Shown here piece after piece: positions 1-7,955 of a stretch of DNA of 52,412 nucleotides. The notes beneath the pieces are model-generated. The model was not told where the DNA came from, searched no databases, and saw nothing but the letters and a program-made list of their open reading frames with translations. A program made the translations under genes and the position numbers. Positions within the stretch are counted from its first letter, which is position 1, and each line of letters opens with the position of its first letter. Origin of the DNA: a virus (Duplodnaviria; Caudoviricetes); IMG/VR virus record IMGVR_UViG_3300027743_000033, positions 1 through 52,412 of that record; one strand, 5' to 3'.

Positions 1-43
1 GTTATACCTCGGAATGGTTTTTGAATTCGCATCCACCCCCCCC

Positions 44-403
44 TCATCGTTTCAGGCCCTCACGGACTGCCGAGGCAAACCGTTGAACACGTACACGGAA
101 GGTCTTGCGCTCGTGATGCGATGCACAAAGGACCATTCCATTATTAATATCAAATGGTTGACCACCATCCTTCAACTCTACTATGTGGTCAGCGTACACA
201 CGATGCTCGGGCCACGCCTTGGTGCACCTACGCCCATGCTCGTCCCGCGCCTCACACCGACGGCCTGCTCGGCTCGTGATCTCGGCACGCCAAGCTATGT
301 ACTGCGGGCTATTGTAGATCGGATCGATCTGCTTGGGTGGTAGCTTGGTGGTCCTGGTGTCCACGGCCCGGATCACCGGGGTGATGCTGCGAACCTTGGT
401 CAT
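44..403 (-). CDS. HNH endonuclease, terminase-associated (HK97 gp74-like)
   Basis: Motif ADHIVELKDGG...NGMVLCASHHERKT. Lies immediately before terS on the circular map. Confidence 0.88.
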   Translation of the reverse strand: MTKVRSITPVIRAVDTRTTKLPPKQIDPIYNSPQYIAWRAEITSRAGRRCEARDEHGRRCTKAWPEHRVYADHIVELKDGGQPFDINNGMVLCASHHERKTFRVRVQRFASAVREGLKR

Positions 404-509
404 CGTGGATAGGCCCGCAATCGGCCAGAGAAGGCCGCTGGTGCGTTGTTTGGAGGATAGGGACGGGTAAGGGCGCTCCAGCCCATTGAACCAGCCAGAG
501 GCTGTTTTT

Positions 510-537
510 TCTGTACCATAGTTTCACGATAAATCAA
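510..537 (-). promoter_or_regulatory. Candidate late promoter (pR'-like position)
   Basis: AT-rich gap after the Q-like gene. Minus strand reads TTGATT-N16-TACAGA with a TG extension. Confidence 0.35.
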
Positions 538-560
538 TATTTGGTAATAATCTTTCGCTG

Positions 561-1052
561 CTACACCACCGGCACGCCTTGGCGGGTGAGTTCCAACGCA
601 ATGACATGGGCTCCTGCTGTGGCCCGACGATAGAACGTGGACCGGGACCACCGGCGTAGCTTTAGCAACCTGGACAGAGATCGCCGGTATGCGGCAGACG
701 CGGCCCAATGGCTGAGGCACAGCCGCTCCTCGGGATATGGGGCTAGGAATACCCTCAACCAATCGTGAGCCTGTTCCATGCGGGAAATGTCGGCCGCGGA
801 GGCGCCGAGCTGAGCATACTCCCAGCTATGGAACCGTTCCTTCCGGTCGTCATCGGCACGCCCTACAATGTCCGAGAACTCAACCTTCATGCTGGGCCAG
901 GCGCTGGCAATCAACAAGCGGCGGCGCGCGTGCGGCAACCGGCGCTCGACAGCGTACGCCTCGATGAGCCGCTGCTGTACCCAGTCGGCGGACCATGCCG
1001 CTGGCGTGACGGCGCGGGATGCGTCGATCGCGATGGTGCTCAGGCGGGGCAT
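561..1052 (-). CDS. DUF6362-like protein, probable late-gene regulator (Q position)
   Basis: WSADWVQQRLIEA...ISRMEQAHDWL plus a C-terminal HTH-like segment. Last gene of the early-right arm. Confidence 0.6.
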   Translation of the reverse strand: MPRLSTIAIDASRAVTPAAWSADWVQQRLIEAYAVERRLPHARRRLLIASAWPSMKVEFSDIVGRADDDRKERFHSWEYAQLGASAADISRMEQAHDWLRVFLAPYPEERLCLSHWAASAAYRRSLSRLLKLRRWSRSTFYRRATAGAHVIALELTRQGVPVV

Positions 1053-1089
1053 CGTTGCATCACGCGGCTTTGTTGGGTTGGTGGGGTGC

Positions 1090-2547
1090 TCATGAGTAAG
1101 CCCCGGTGTCGTAATCCGTGGACCGGTATCTCCCCGTCGCGAGGTTGTATTGGAGGCCGAGTTTGCAGGGATATCCGAGCTCGTCGAACCGGGCCTTGCG
1201 ATGGTAGAGCACAGCCTCGGTTTTGCGGTTCACACCGTCGAAAATCTCAGGGCGGTGCACGACGAAGCCCTGGTCGACCATATTTTCCCAATGTTTGGCT
1301 CCCGCGATGTCTTCGAGGCCCGGGGGCCCGCCGCGCCGATTGCCATCCATTTTTGCGGGGTGAGCTACGATCTGGACGTGGCAGTTCATGTCATTGGCGA
1401 ACACGTACAGCGTGCGCAGGCAGCGCGCGATGTACTCATCCTCGCGTTCGTTTCGCTCCCGCGAACCCTCGAGCCTATTCCAAGGATCCAGCGTGATCAC
1501 CTTGGCACCGTGGCGCACGATCGCAATTTCGGCGAGGTCCAGGAACCACTCCAAGGTCTGCCGGTGTTCAGGGTGGACGGCGAAAAGATAGTGCTCGTTG
1601 ATCCAGCCATCGGCCTTGCGCTTGTCATCGTCGTCCAGATCGCGTTCGTGCCTGCCCATGAAGAGCGTCCGAAGTTGTTTGCGCATATGCGGCTTCGGCC
1701 GTGTCTCGAAAGTGGCGGCGAACAACACCAGGCGATAGGCTTGGACGATCTGAAACCAGACTTGCGTCCAGAGGAGAGTTTTGCCCATTCCGGCGTGGCC
1801 AGTAACGACCGACAACGTACGCGGGGCGAGCCTGATTTTGCTTTCCCACTCCGAAAATCCTGGGTCCCATAGCGTCAGCGCCGGTGGCTCGGGGAGTTCG
1901 CCGAGGCGGTAGAGCCCGGCGACTGGCCACTGCAGCGACCCTTCGGTTACGAGGTCGCGTAGGTCGCGCGCGCCTTCGGTGCGGAGGACATCGTTGGCGT
2001 CCTTGCAGCCTTCCGGCCAGTCGACAAACCAGAACCGTGCCGCACCGAGCAGCCTGGCCATGTCAGCGCGGAGTGACAGGCCGGCATCGTCGCCGTCGCC
2101 GCACCACACGAACTTCTTGGCCTGGTTGAGGCCAGCCTTAAGCGCTTCATCGACGTAGGAATACCCTCTCAATTCCGATGGTGCTTCAGCGCTGCGCTGC
2201 TTGGCCCCGTTTGGAACTGACAGAACACTGCCGCGGGGAATTCCGGCCTCGACGAGGGCGCAGCGGTCGAGCTCGCCTTCGACCAGGAAAATTGTTTCTG
2301 GCTGGTCCGCGAGCGCGTCGTCCTCGCCCCAGAAGCTGAGTTTGAGACCTTTGCCGGCGACGAAGGATTTTTCTGGAACTGCCCTGGCCTTCCAGCCGTC
2401 ACGGTAGTGAAAAACGATGCCCTCGGACTTCCGATTGAGGTCAGGAAAGTAGATTGTACCGGAGGCGACGCCGAGCTGTTCCAAGGTCTCCCGGCTGATG
2501 CCGCGTTCGGTTTTGGCCCAGTTGGCGACGTCGTCCGACAGGGTCAT
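1090..2547 (-). CDS. Toprim primase / SF4 (DnaB/Twinkle-like) helicase lacking its N-terminal Zn domain
   Basis: Toprim motifs LVEGELD and GDGDDAG; Walker A GHAGMGKT; LDPWN; VAHPAK; DIAGAKHWENMVD. Confidence 0.88.
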   Translation of the reverse strand: MTLSDDVANWAKTERGISRETLEQLGVASGTIYFPDLNRKSEGIVFHYRDGWKARAVPEKSFVAGKGLKLSFWGEDDALADQPETIFLVEGELDRCALVEAGIPRGSVLSVPNGAKQRSAEAPSELRGYSYVDEALKAGLNQAKKFVWCGDGDDAGLSLRADMARLLGAARFWFVDWPEGCKDANDVLRTEGARDLRDLVTEGSLQWPVAGLYRLGELPEPPALTLWDPGFSEWESKIRLAPRTLSVVTGHAGMGKTLLWTQVWFQIVQAYRLVLFAATFETRPKPHMRKQLRTLFMGRHERDLDDDDKRKADGWINEHYLFAVHPEHRQTLEWFLDLAEIAIVRHGAKVITLDPWNRLEGSRERNEREDEYIARCLRTLYVFANDMNCHVQIVAHPAKMDGNRRGGPPGLEDIAGAKHWENMVDQGFVVHRPEIFDGVNRKTEAVLYHRKARFDELGYPCKLGLQYNLATGRYRSTDYDTGAYS

Positions 2548-2758
2548 CCGTGACGCCGCCTGCCCAATTGCAGTGGTGGCAGAAGTACAAAAGTTCATTG
2601 CCCGTCACCGTGACCGAGAGGCATTTTTGGGTTTTCTTGCGTCTGGTATGGCTGCACTGAGGGCAGCGAAATTGTCGGGTGCCGGCGAAGTTTTGGCGGA
2701 CGCCGACGGTGGAAAGTTGGCGAAGAACGTCATCGGAATTTTGCATTTCACCAGGCAT
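2441..2758 (-). CDS. Stand-alone primase zinc-binding domain protein
   Basis: CPQCSHTRRKK...CLSV...YFCHHCNWAG, like the T7 gp4/Twinkle Zn ribbon. Overlaps the primase-helicase start. Confidence 0.72.
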   Translation of the reverse strand: MPGEMQNSDDVLRQLSTVGVRQNFAGTRQFRCPQCSHTRRKKTQKCLSVTVTGNELLYFCHHCNWAGGVTDDPVGRRRQLGQNRTRHQPGDLGTARRRLRYNLLS

Positions 2759-3497
2759 TCCCGCTCAGCCGTAGAGCTTCCTTCGCAGAAATATCCGGGT
2801 CGCCACGAGTAGCGGACACGACGTATTCGCGGGGATCGAATTTGGTCGAAGCGGTTTCGAGAGCGGCCCTTGCGAGGGCTACATTTCCGCCTTTCGCCTT
2901 GAGAAGATTGCGAATTAAGCCGCCGGAGGTTTTCCCAAGAACGGCTTTCCCGCGCTTGAAAAGCTCGGCTTCCGGCGTTGGTGGGTCGTGTCCGTTTTCA
3001 AAATTCGGTGCCGCGTCAGCGGCCGCGGAAGCGGCATCTTGTTTTCTAGATTCTTTCTGGATTCTAGCTTCTAGCATATGGGCTTTATCGGGGGGGATAA
3101 CCCCCCCGTTGGCCTCTTGGTTAACCAACCCGTTTTCCGGTGGCTTTAGCTTAGGATTACCTCCCCCTTTTCCATTCTTGCGGTCTGTTGCTTCCTTGGC
3201 CTTATCCCTGACCATGCGACGGGAGTATATCGTACCCGCCTCCGACGTACTGAAAACGCCACGTCCTCGGAGTTCGTCGAGCGCCTTAGTTACCTCCTTT
3301 ATGGGGCGACCCACGAGCGCCGATATTTCCGATACGTCCGGCGGCTTGCCATCGATCAGCAAATGGCCGTAGGGCTCACCCTCGTGCATATAGGACATCA
3401 TCTCAATCCAAAGCCCCCGAGCCGAGAGCGAGCACATCCGCAAGCGCGGCTCGCTGCGCCAATCCGCCGGATAGAATTTCATCCATGGGCGGTTCAT
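2748..3497 (-). CDS. Phage replication initiator-like protein (DUF1376/YdaU-like)
   Basis: N-terminus MNRPWMKFYPADWRSEPRLRMCSLSARGLW and motif NGKGGGNP. ATG at 3497 overlaps the upstream stop. Confidence 0.7.
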   Translation of the reverse strand: MNRPWMKFYPADWRSEPRLRMCSLSARGLWIEMMSYMHEGEPYGHLLIDGKPPDVSEISALVGRPIKEVTKALDELRGRGVFSTSEAGTIYSRRMVRDKAKEATDRKNGKGGGNPKLKPPENGLVNQEANGGVIPPDKAHMLEARIQKESRKQDAASAAADAAPNFENGHDPPTPEAELFKRGKAVLGKTSGGLIRNLLKAKGGNVALARAALETASTKFDPREYVVSATRGDPDISAKEALRLSGNAW

Positions 3498-4003
3498 TGA
3501 TCGTGGTCGTCCTTTAGCTTCTGATACAGTTTGCAAATCTGAACGACACACTCGAATGGGTCCCGGAATATCTCCGAGCCGGTGAACCTCAAAAGCGGAA
3601 CGCCGGCGATCTGAATATCCCGATCCTTCTTGCGATCGCGCGCCGCCTGATCCTTGGTTCGCTCGTGGAAGTCGTGCCCATCGCATTCGATGAACATCAT
3701 CTTCCGAAAATTGTCGTTCGGTCGGTTGCCGATGAGCGCGAAGTCAATTCTGTAATTTTCAAACAGGTATTGTGGCACAATCATCATGCAGCGCTTATCC
3801 TGCCACTTCCCAATATCCCCAAACGGGCACAGAACAGATACGTCTGGAAAATTGAATCTGAGCGACGCCGTGACGGCAGCACCAAGTAGGATTTCGATCT
3901 CGCTCCCACACATCGGAGTCAGCGTATCGATGATGCCCCGGTAGCAGAGCGAGACACTCGGCACCATGCTTGTCAAAAGCCTATGCTCAAAGTCCGGGTT
4001 CAC
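3494..4003 (-). CDS. DUF559/Vsr-like PD-(D/E)xK endonuclease
   Basis: YRIDFAL...FIECDGHDFH...RDRKKDRDIQIAGVPLLRFTGSEI. GGAGG lies before the GTG at 4003. Confidence 0.78.
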   Translation of the reverse strand: MNPDFEHRLLTSMVPSVSLCYRGIIDTLTPMCGSEIEILLGAAVTASLRFNFPDVSVLCPFGDIGKWQDKRCMMIVPQYLFENYRIDFALIGNRPNDNFRKMMFIECDGHDFHERTKDQAARDRKKDRDIQIAGVPLLRFTGSEIFRDPFECVVQICKLYQKLKDDHDQ

Positions 4004-4049
4004 GTCGTCGCCTCCATAATCACCATGGCGCTCGGTCGTGGTGCGATTG

Positions 4050-4241
4050 TCATAGCAGCCGCTCCCCCTTTGCCGCCGCAACGTAGTCCTGCACGATTGC
4101 CGCCATGCATGCGATCTCATGGGCGGCCTTGCCGGCGGACATTTTGCCTTCCGTGACCCACCGCTCATAAACGCGCGTTCGCATTTTCAATTCGCGTTCA
4201 GCGCAGGCAAGTTTGTCGGCCGCGGTGATGGTATCGGTCAT
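4050..4241 (-). CDS. Small phage hypothetical protein
   Basis: MTDTITAADKLACAERELKMRTRVY; ATGA-coupled to rusA. Confidence 0.7.
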   Translation of the reverse strand: MTDTITAADKLACAERELKMRTRVYERWVTEGKMSAGKAAHEIACMAAIVQDYVAAAKGERLL

Positions 4242-4735
4242 GCGGCCCCCCTCGCCTGCTCGCCCCACAGGAGCGGCTCGGTCGTTGGCGCTATGTCAGC
4301 AATGCTGATGGCCCCCTGCACCTCGATCAGCAGGCCGGGCTTGTCGGCGTAGGACTTTGACACGAAGCCCTGCACGATCTGGCTGTCATCGCGCCACACA
4401 ATGCCGTTGAGCGCATCAAGCATCTTGACGAGGTTGTCCCAATCGGGACGCCCAGTGGGGCGCAGGATGCCGCGCAGGGCCTGCTCACGCTTCTTTCGGC
4501 TCCAGCTCTGCGGGACCGAAAAGAACGCAGCGACTTTCACCTTCAGCGGGCCATCGCATAGGGGCTTATCACCCATAGCCTGTTGCGCGGCATCGCGGAG
4601 GAGCGACTCGTAGGAGCGGGTGTTCGTCGGTGTGTACGCGCTCACGAACGACGCACCTGCTTTCGTCGTGATCTGACGGAACCGCGGGCGACCCTTACCT
4701 TGCGGTTGTCCTGGCAAGAGGATGGTAATTCTCAA
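4238..4735 (-). CDS. rusA: RusA-family Holliday junction resolvase
   Basis: GKGRPRF, RPDWDNLVKMLDALNGIVWRDDSQIV. TTG start at 4735 with a GGAGG RBS overlaps the HNH stop. Confidence 0.88.
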   Translation of the reverse strand: MRITILLPGQPQGKGRPRFRQITTKAGASFVSAYTPTNTRSYESLLRDAAQQAMGDKPLCDGPLKVKVAAFFSVPQSWSRKKREQALRGILRPTGRPDWDNLVKMLDALNGIVWRDDSQIVQGFVSKSYADKPGLLIEVQGAISIADIAPTTEPLLWGEQARGAA

Positions 4736-5430
4736 GCCACCCTCCTGCGTCTCGTATTGCGGGCTTGTTCTGATCGCGTCGCCCATCGACAATTGCCCGG
4801 CTCATAGTTGCCGTCGTTGTTTTCGCGCTCGATCGAATGGTTATGAGATGGGCGTGCGCCCATGTCGGCAATAAAATTCTCGAATGAATTATTCCATCGC
4901 TCGCAGACTTTGATGCCCCTGCCCCCATAGTCTTGAAAGCGGACAACGGCGGGGTTCTGACACCGCTGCTTCATTGAATTCCAGATACCGTACTCTGGCG
5001 TTTTGCGCTTCCCATGAGTGGCGTTAAGGCGTCCCGTAGTTGCAGACACCTCCTTGGCGAGGCACCCGCAAGATTTGGTGCCGCCATTCCGGAGCAGACC
5101 AGTCCTCACCTCATTTTGAAGTCCGCAGTCACAACTGCACAGCCAGTGTGTCGTCGGCCGTTTTTCACTACGCTCAATTACGACAAGCTTTCCAAACCTC
5201 CGGCCCCTTAGATCAAGCAGACGCTTTGCGATCGTTTCCCGCCGCTGACAGCCGCATGAACTAGAAAGACCGCGCCGAAGATTGGTCGCATACACGACAA
5301 CATCGGCGCCACAATCACAAAGACAGTGCCACAGCGCGTGGCCCCTTGGGCTTGACCCAGCATGCTTTCCGGCAATCAATTTGCCGAAACGCTGCCCCGC
5401 AACGATATTGGTTTTGGTTATCATGGTCAC
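4732..5430 (-). CDS. Free-standing HNH homing endonuclease
   Basis: Two RFGKL..W.C.CDCG..SCGC repeats, then YGGRGIKVCERW..FENFIADMG..SIERENNDGNYEPGNCRWAT. Confidence 0.88.
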   Translation of the reverse strand: MTMITKTNIVAGQRFGKLIAGKHAGSSPRGHALWHCLCDCGADVVVYATNLRRGLSSSCGCQRRETIAKRLLDLRGRRFGKLVVIERSEKRPTTHWLCSCDCGLQNEVRTGLLRNGGTKSCGCLAKEVSATTGRLNATHGKRKTPEYGIWNSMKQRCQNPAVVRFQDYGGRGIKVCERWNNSFENFIADMGARPSHNHSIERENNDGNYEPGNCRWATRSEQARNTRRRRVA

Positions 5431-5519
5431 TGCGCCCCAGCCCTCGACCTAGCGATGCGCGCGCGCGGGCGGCCTTTACCGCGCGGCTCCCCAGGAAGCG
5501 TGATGGTGATGCGGGTCAT
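5427..5519 (-). pseudogene. 30-aa orphan 5' fragment of rusA
   Basis: MTRITITLPGEPRGKGRPRARIARSRAGAQ* aligns with the RusA start MRITILLPGQPQGKGRPRFRQITTKAGAS. Confidence 0.8.
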
Positions 5520-5524
5520 GGCAA

Positions 5525-6124
5525 TCAGTGCGCCTGCGCCTTGACCACCTTATGCGTAGCCGGCGCGCCGCCGATGCCCGCTTTCTCCGCCTCCGCGCGC
5601 TGCATGAAGCCGGGGCGCACGTCGCGCTCGTCACCATCAGCAAGTGGCTTGATGCCTTTTGCCAAAATGGCTTGGCCCTCATGGAAGCCATCCATGTAAA
5701 GGCGGTACTGCTCGAGCTCTGGAGCGTAATCCGGCTTGCATGGGTCGCCCGCGAGCCCGTCGCGTTTCCCCTCGGCGTAGGCGCGGTCGACTGACGGCGT
5801 GCGGTCCTCTCCGAAAAGCTCCGCTTGCGTGCCCATGGCCAATCCAAGCCACCTGGCAATACGCATCTGCGCCTCGATCTTTTCCTTGAGCTTCTCCTCG
5901 CCCTTCTCGTCCTTCAGCAGCGCCCAGGTGCGGATATCGCGAACGGCGTGCTTGCCAAGCTTGGCCTTGGCCTCCTCCTCGACAATCGCAAGCGTGTCCT
6001 TCGCGGCTTGCCAGCGCTTGGCGAAGCCAAAGAAAGTCATCGCCTTCACGTCGTCGTCTTGGTGATTGCCGTTCGTCGGCGGCACATCAGGCGTCTCGCT
6101 CGCGGATTTTTTCGGGCGTCCCAT
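5525..6124 (-). CDS. Hypothetical protein with an RMF-like C-terminal motif
   Basis: GAGGAG RBS; RAYAEGKRDGLAGDPC.PDY...YMDGFHEG resembles ribosome-modulation-factor-like phage domains. Confidence 0.6.
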   Translation of the reverse strand: MGRPKKSASETPDVPPTNGNHQDDDVKAMTFFGFAKRWQAAKDTLAIVEEEAKAKLGKHAVRDIRTWALLKDEKGEEKLKEKIEAQMRIARWLGLAMGTQAELFGEDRTPSVDRAYAEGKRDGLAGDPCKPDYAPELEQYRLYMDGFHEGQAILAKGIKPLADGDERDVRPGFMQRAEAEKAGIGGAPATHKVVKAQAH

Positions 6125-6134
6125 TTTAGGTCTC

Positions 6135-6758
6135 CTCACGCTGCGCGATTGGATTTGCGTCAGTCTCCTAGTGATAGGCCAGCCGCCGGTTGTCGACCTT
6201 GTGCCGCGCGTCCACGAGCGACTGGATTTCTGTCATAACGACCGGCGGCATTAGCGTTTCGAGCAGCGGCATCGCTTCAAGGAACGCCTTGGCCGCGTCC
6301 GATTCCAGACCGTGCGCGACGATTTGCGTCTGCGCGTCAAGGCTCATGCTCTCGATTTTCGAGATGGCCTCTTTCTCGATCGCTTCGATTTTGGATATTG
6401 CGGCTCGGCGTAGCTCGCCACGGCGTTCACGCGACGCGTTCTGACCGCGGCCGGTCCAGTAGACGTGCAGGCCAGGCGCAAACTCAACGGGAATGCCAAG
6501 TTCGCGGCATCTCGCCTGTATCGCCTCCTGTGCAGAGGCGACGGCTTTCTCTGCTTCCTCACGGACACGAGCCCAAACGGCGTCTTCGTCCCAGTGGTGA
6601 ATCTTCGCCGACTGCGCGTCAAACTCGGCAAGCAGCGCCGCCGATCGCTCCGCCGCCTTCACCTTCATGACCTTCTCTCGCTTCTTGATGAGCTGCAGGA
6701 GCTGGTCGCGTTCGCCTTTGGTCATTGCCATCGCCACTCTCACGCTGCGCGATTGGAT
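6135..6758. repeat. 20-bp exact direct repeat CTCACGCTGCGCGATTGGAT (6135-6154 and 6739-6758)
   Basis: Read directly from the sequence; flanks gene 6168-6731. Confidence 0.9.
6168..6731 (-). CDS. Hypothetical coiled-coil protein
   Basis: 187-aa ORF MAMTKGERDQLLQLIKKREK, bounded by the 20-bp repeats. Confidence 0.7.
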   Translation of the reverse strand: MAMTKGERDQLLQLIKKREKVMKVKAAERSAALLAEFDAQSAKIHHWDEDAVWARVREEAEKAVASAQEAIQARCRELGIPVEFAPGLHVYWTGRGQNASRERRGELRRAAISKIEAIEKEAISKIESMSLDAQTQIVAHGLESDAAKAFLEAMPLLETLMPPVVMTEIQSLVDARHKVDNRRLAYH

Positions 6759-7231
6759 CTGGCGGCGATGCCTGGGCAGCACAGGGCAAAATGTTCACTG
6801 CAGTAAGAGCGGTTGGGCAGCGTCTCGGCGGCGCAAAAGAAGAAGCTCCCCGAACCAGGCTCGCCAAACGGGAACCGGCAATCGCTCTCTTTGAGCTCGA
6901 AGAACTGCTTGCGCCGTCGTCGGGGCCTGCGCGGGACCGCCTCGGCCGGAAGTGCTGGCGCCGGCGGCCTCATCGGCTCTTGCTTCAGTTTCCTGTTGAT
7001 GCGGCCAGCGATGGTGTAATCGCCGCCGGCCTGGCGGGGCTGCGGCCGCAGCTTCGGCGGTTTCGGCGGTTTCGGCCGCGACAGACCAAGACGGTGTATT
7101 CGCCCGATCACGGCGTTGCGGGTCAGCCCGCAGTCGAGCTCGATGGCGATCCGGCCCGCAGACAAGCCCTCGGCGTGCAGACGCCTCAGGGCCTCGTCCC
7201 GCTCCGCGTGCCAAACAGTGACCTGTGCCAT
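6740..7231 (-). CDS. gcrA: GcrA-family cell-cycle regulator
   Basis: W...LRRLHAEGLSAGRIA..L..GLTRNAVIGRIHRLGL and C-terminal CRFPFGEP..FFFC...SYCSEH. Confidence 0.88.
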   Translation of the reverse strand: MAQVTVWHAERDEALRRLHAEGLSAGRIAIELDCGLTRNAVIGRIHRLGLSRPKPPKPPKLRPQPRQAGGDYTIAGRINRKLKQEPMRPPAPALPAEAVPRRPRRRRKQFFELKESDCRFPFGEPGSGSFFFCAAETLPNRSYCSEHFALCCPGIAARSNRAA

Positions 7232-7286
7232 GCCGTCCCCCATCCTGTTGCCTCTCGCCCGCTACAAAAGACGGGCGCGCGAAATT

Positions 7287-7955
7287 TCATTCTGCCGCCT
7301 CGGCCTTGGTTTGTAGACGACGCGCATCCTCTTCCCGTTTGAGCGTTTGCCATTCGATGTCGGACAGCTTTGCTGCTTGTTTGGCAGCTCGGTCGAAAGC
7401 AGACACCTTTTTGCGGACGGGTTTTTTGCGGAAACCAGCCTCGATCATGCCGGCGTGCGGCGACAGCTCGCCGGCCAGCACGCGGGCGTGGATCTCGGGA
7501 CGGTCCTTGCGGAGACGGCGGAGCGCAGCAGCGGCGGAGGTGCCGGTGGGCCTCTCCACTTCGTTGATAACGGCGATCTTGTTATCAACAAGGTCGGTGC
7601 GCTTCCCCTGTTGGCTCTCATTAGCCCGATCCTTTTCCTCGATCTCGTTTGCCACCTTGGCTCGAATAGCTTTCTGCCATAGCTTCAGGGCTTCGGTGTC
7701 TTCGGCTTTAAGCAACAGCGTGGTGACAATCTCCGGGTCCCAGCCACAGCCCGCCGGCTTTTTGCCGGTGACGAATTCGGTGAAATCATCGAAGCGGATG
7801 ATCTTGCCCAGCTCATAGCGCTCGCGCCATGCGCCAGTTTCCAAGATTTCCCTTATCATTTGCGGAACATGAGGCAGCGTGCAGTCCTCTACTGCGCGCT
7901 TGAATCTCTGCACCACAGTAGTGTTGTCGCTGAGAAGGACCTTTTTAGGCGACAT
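7287..7955 (-). CDS. Hypothetical probable DNA-binding protein
   Basis: QQGKRTDL and GTSAAAALRRLRKDRPEIHARVLAGELS motifs; GGAG RBS; overlaps the helicase end. Confidence 0.65.
   Translation of the reverse strand: MSPKKVLLSDNTTVVQRFKRAVEDCTLPHVPQMIREILETGAWRERYELGKIIRFDDFTEFVTGKKPAGCGWDPEIVTTLLLKAEDTEALKLWQKAIRAKVANEIEEKDRANESQQGKRTDLVDNKIAVINEVERPTGTSAAAALRRLRKDRPEIHARVLAGELSPHAGMIEAGFRKKPVRKKVSAFDRAAKQAAKLSDIEWQTLKREEDARRLQTKAEAAE

Noticed and set aside
4000-4053. 17-aa mini-ORF MTIAPRPSAMVIMEATT coupled at both ends
   Set aside because: It may be a translational-coupling relic, but it has no recognisable similarity to a neighbouring gene start, so support is insufficient.
4732-5519. Group I intron or intein in rusA
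   Set aside because: The HNH ORF abuts both neighbours with 4-bp overlaps, leaving no room for a ribozyme core. There are no intein terminal motifs, and the downstream rusA is complete.
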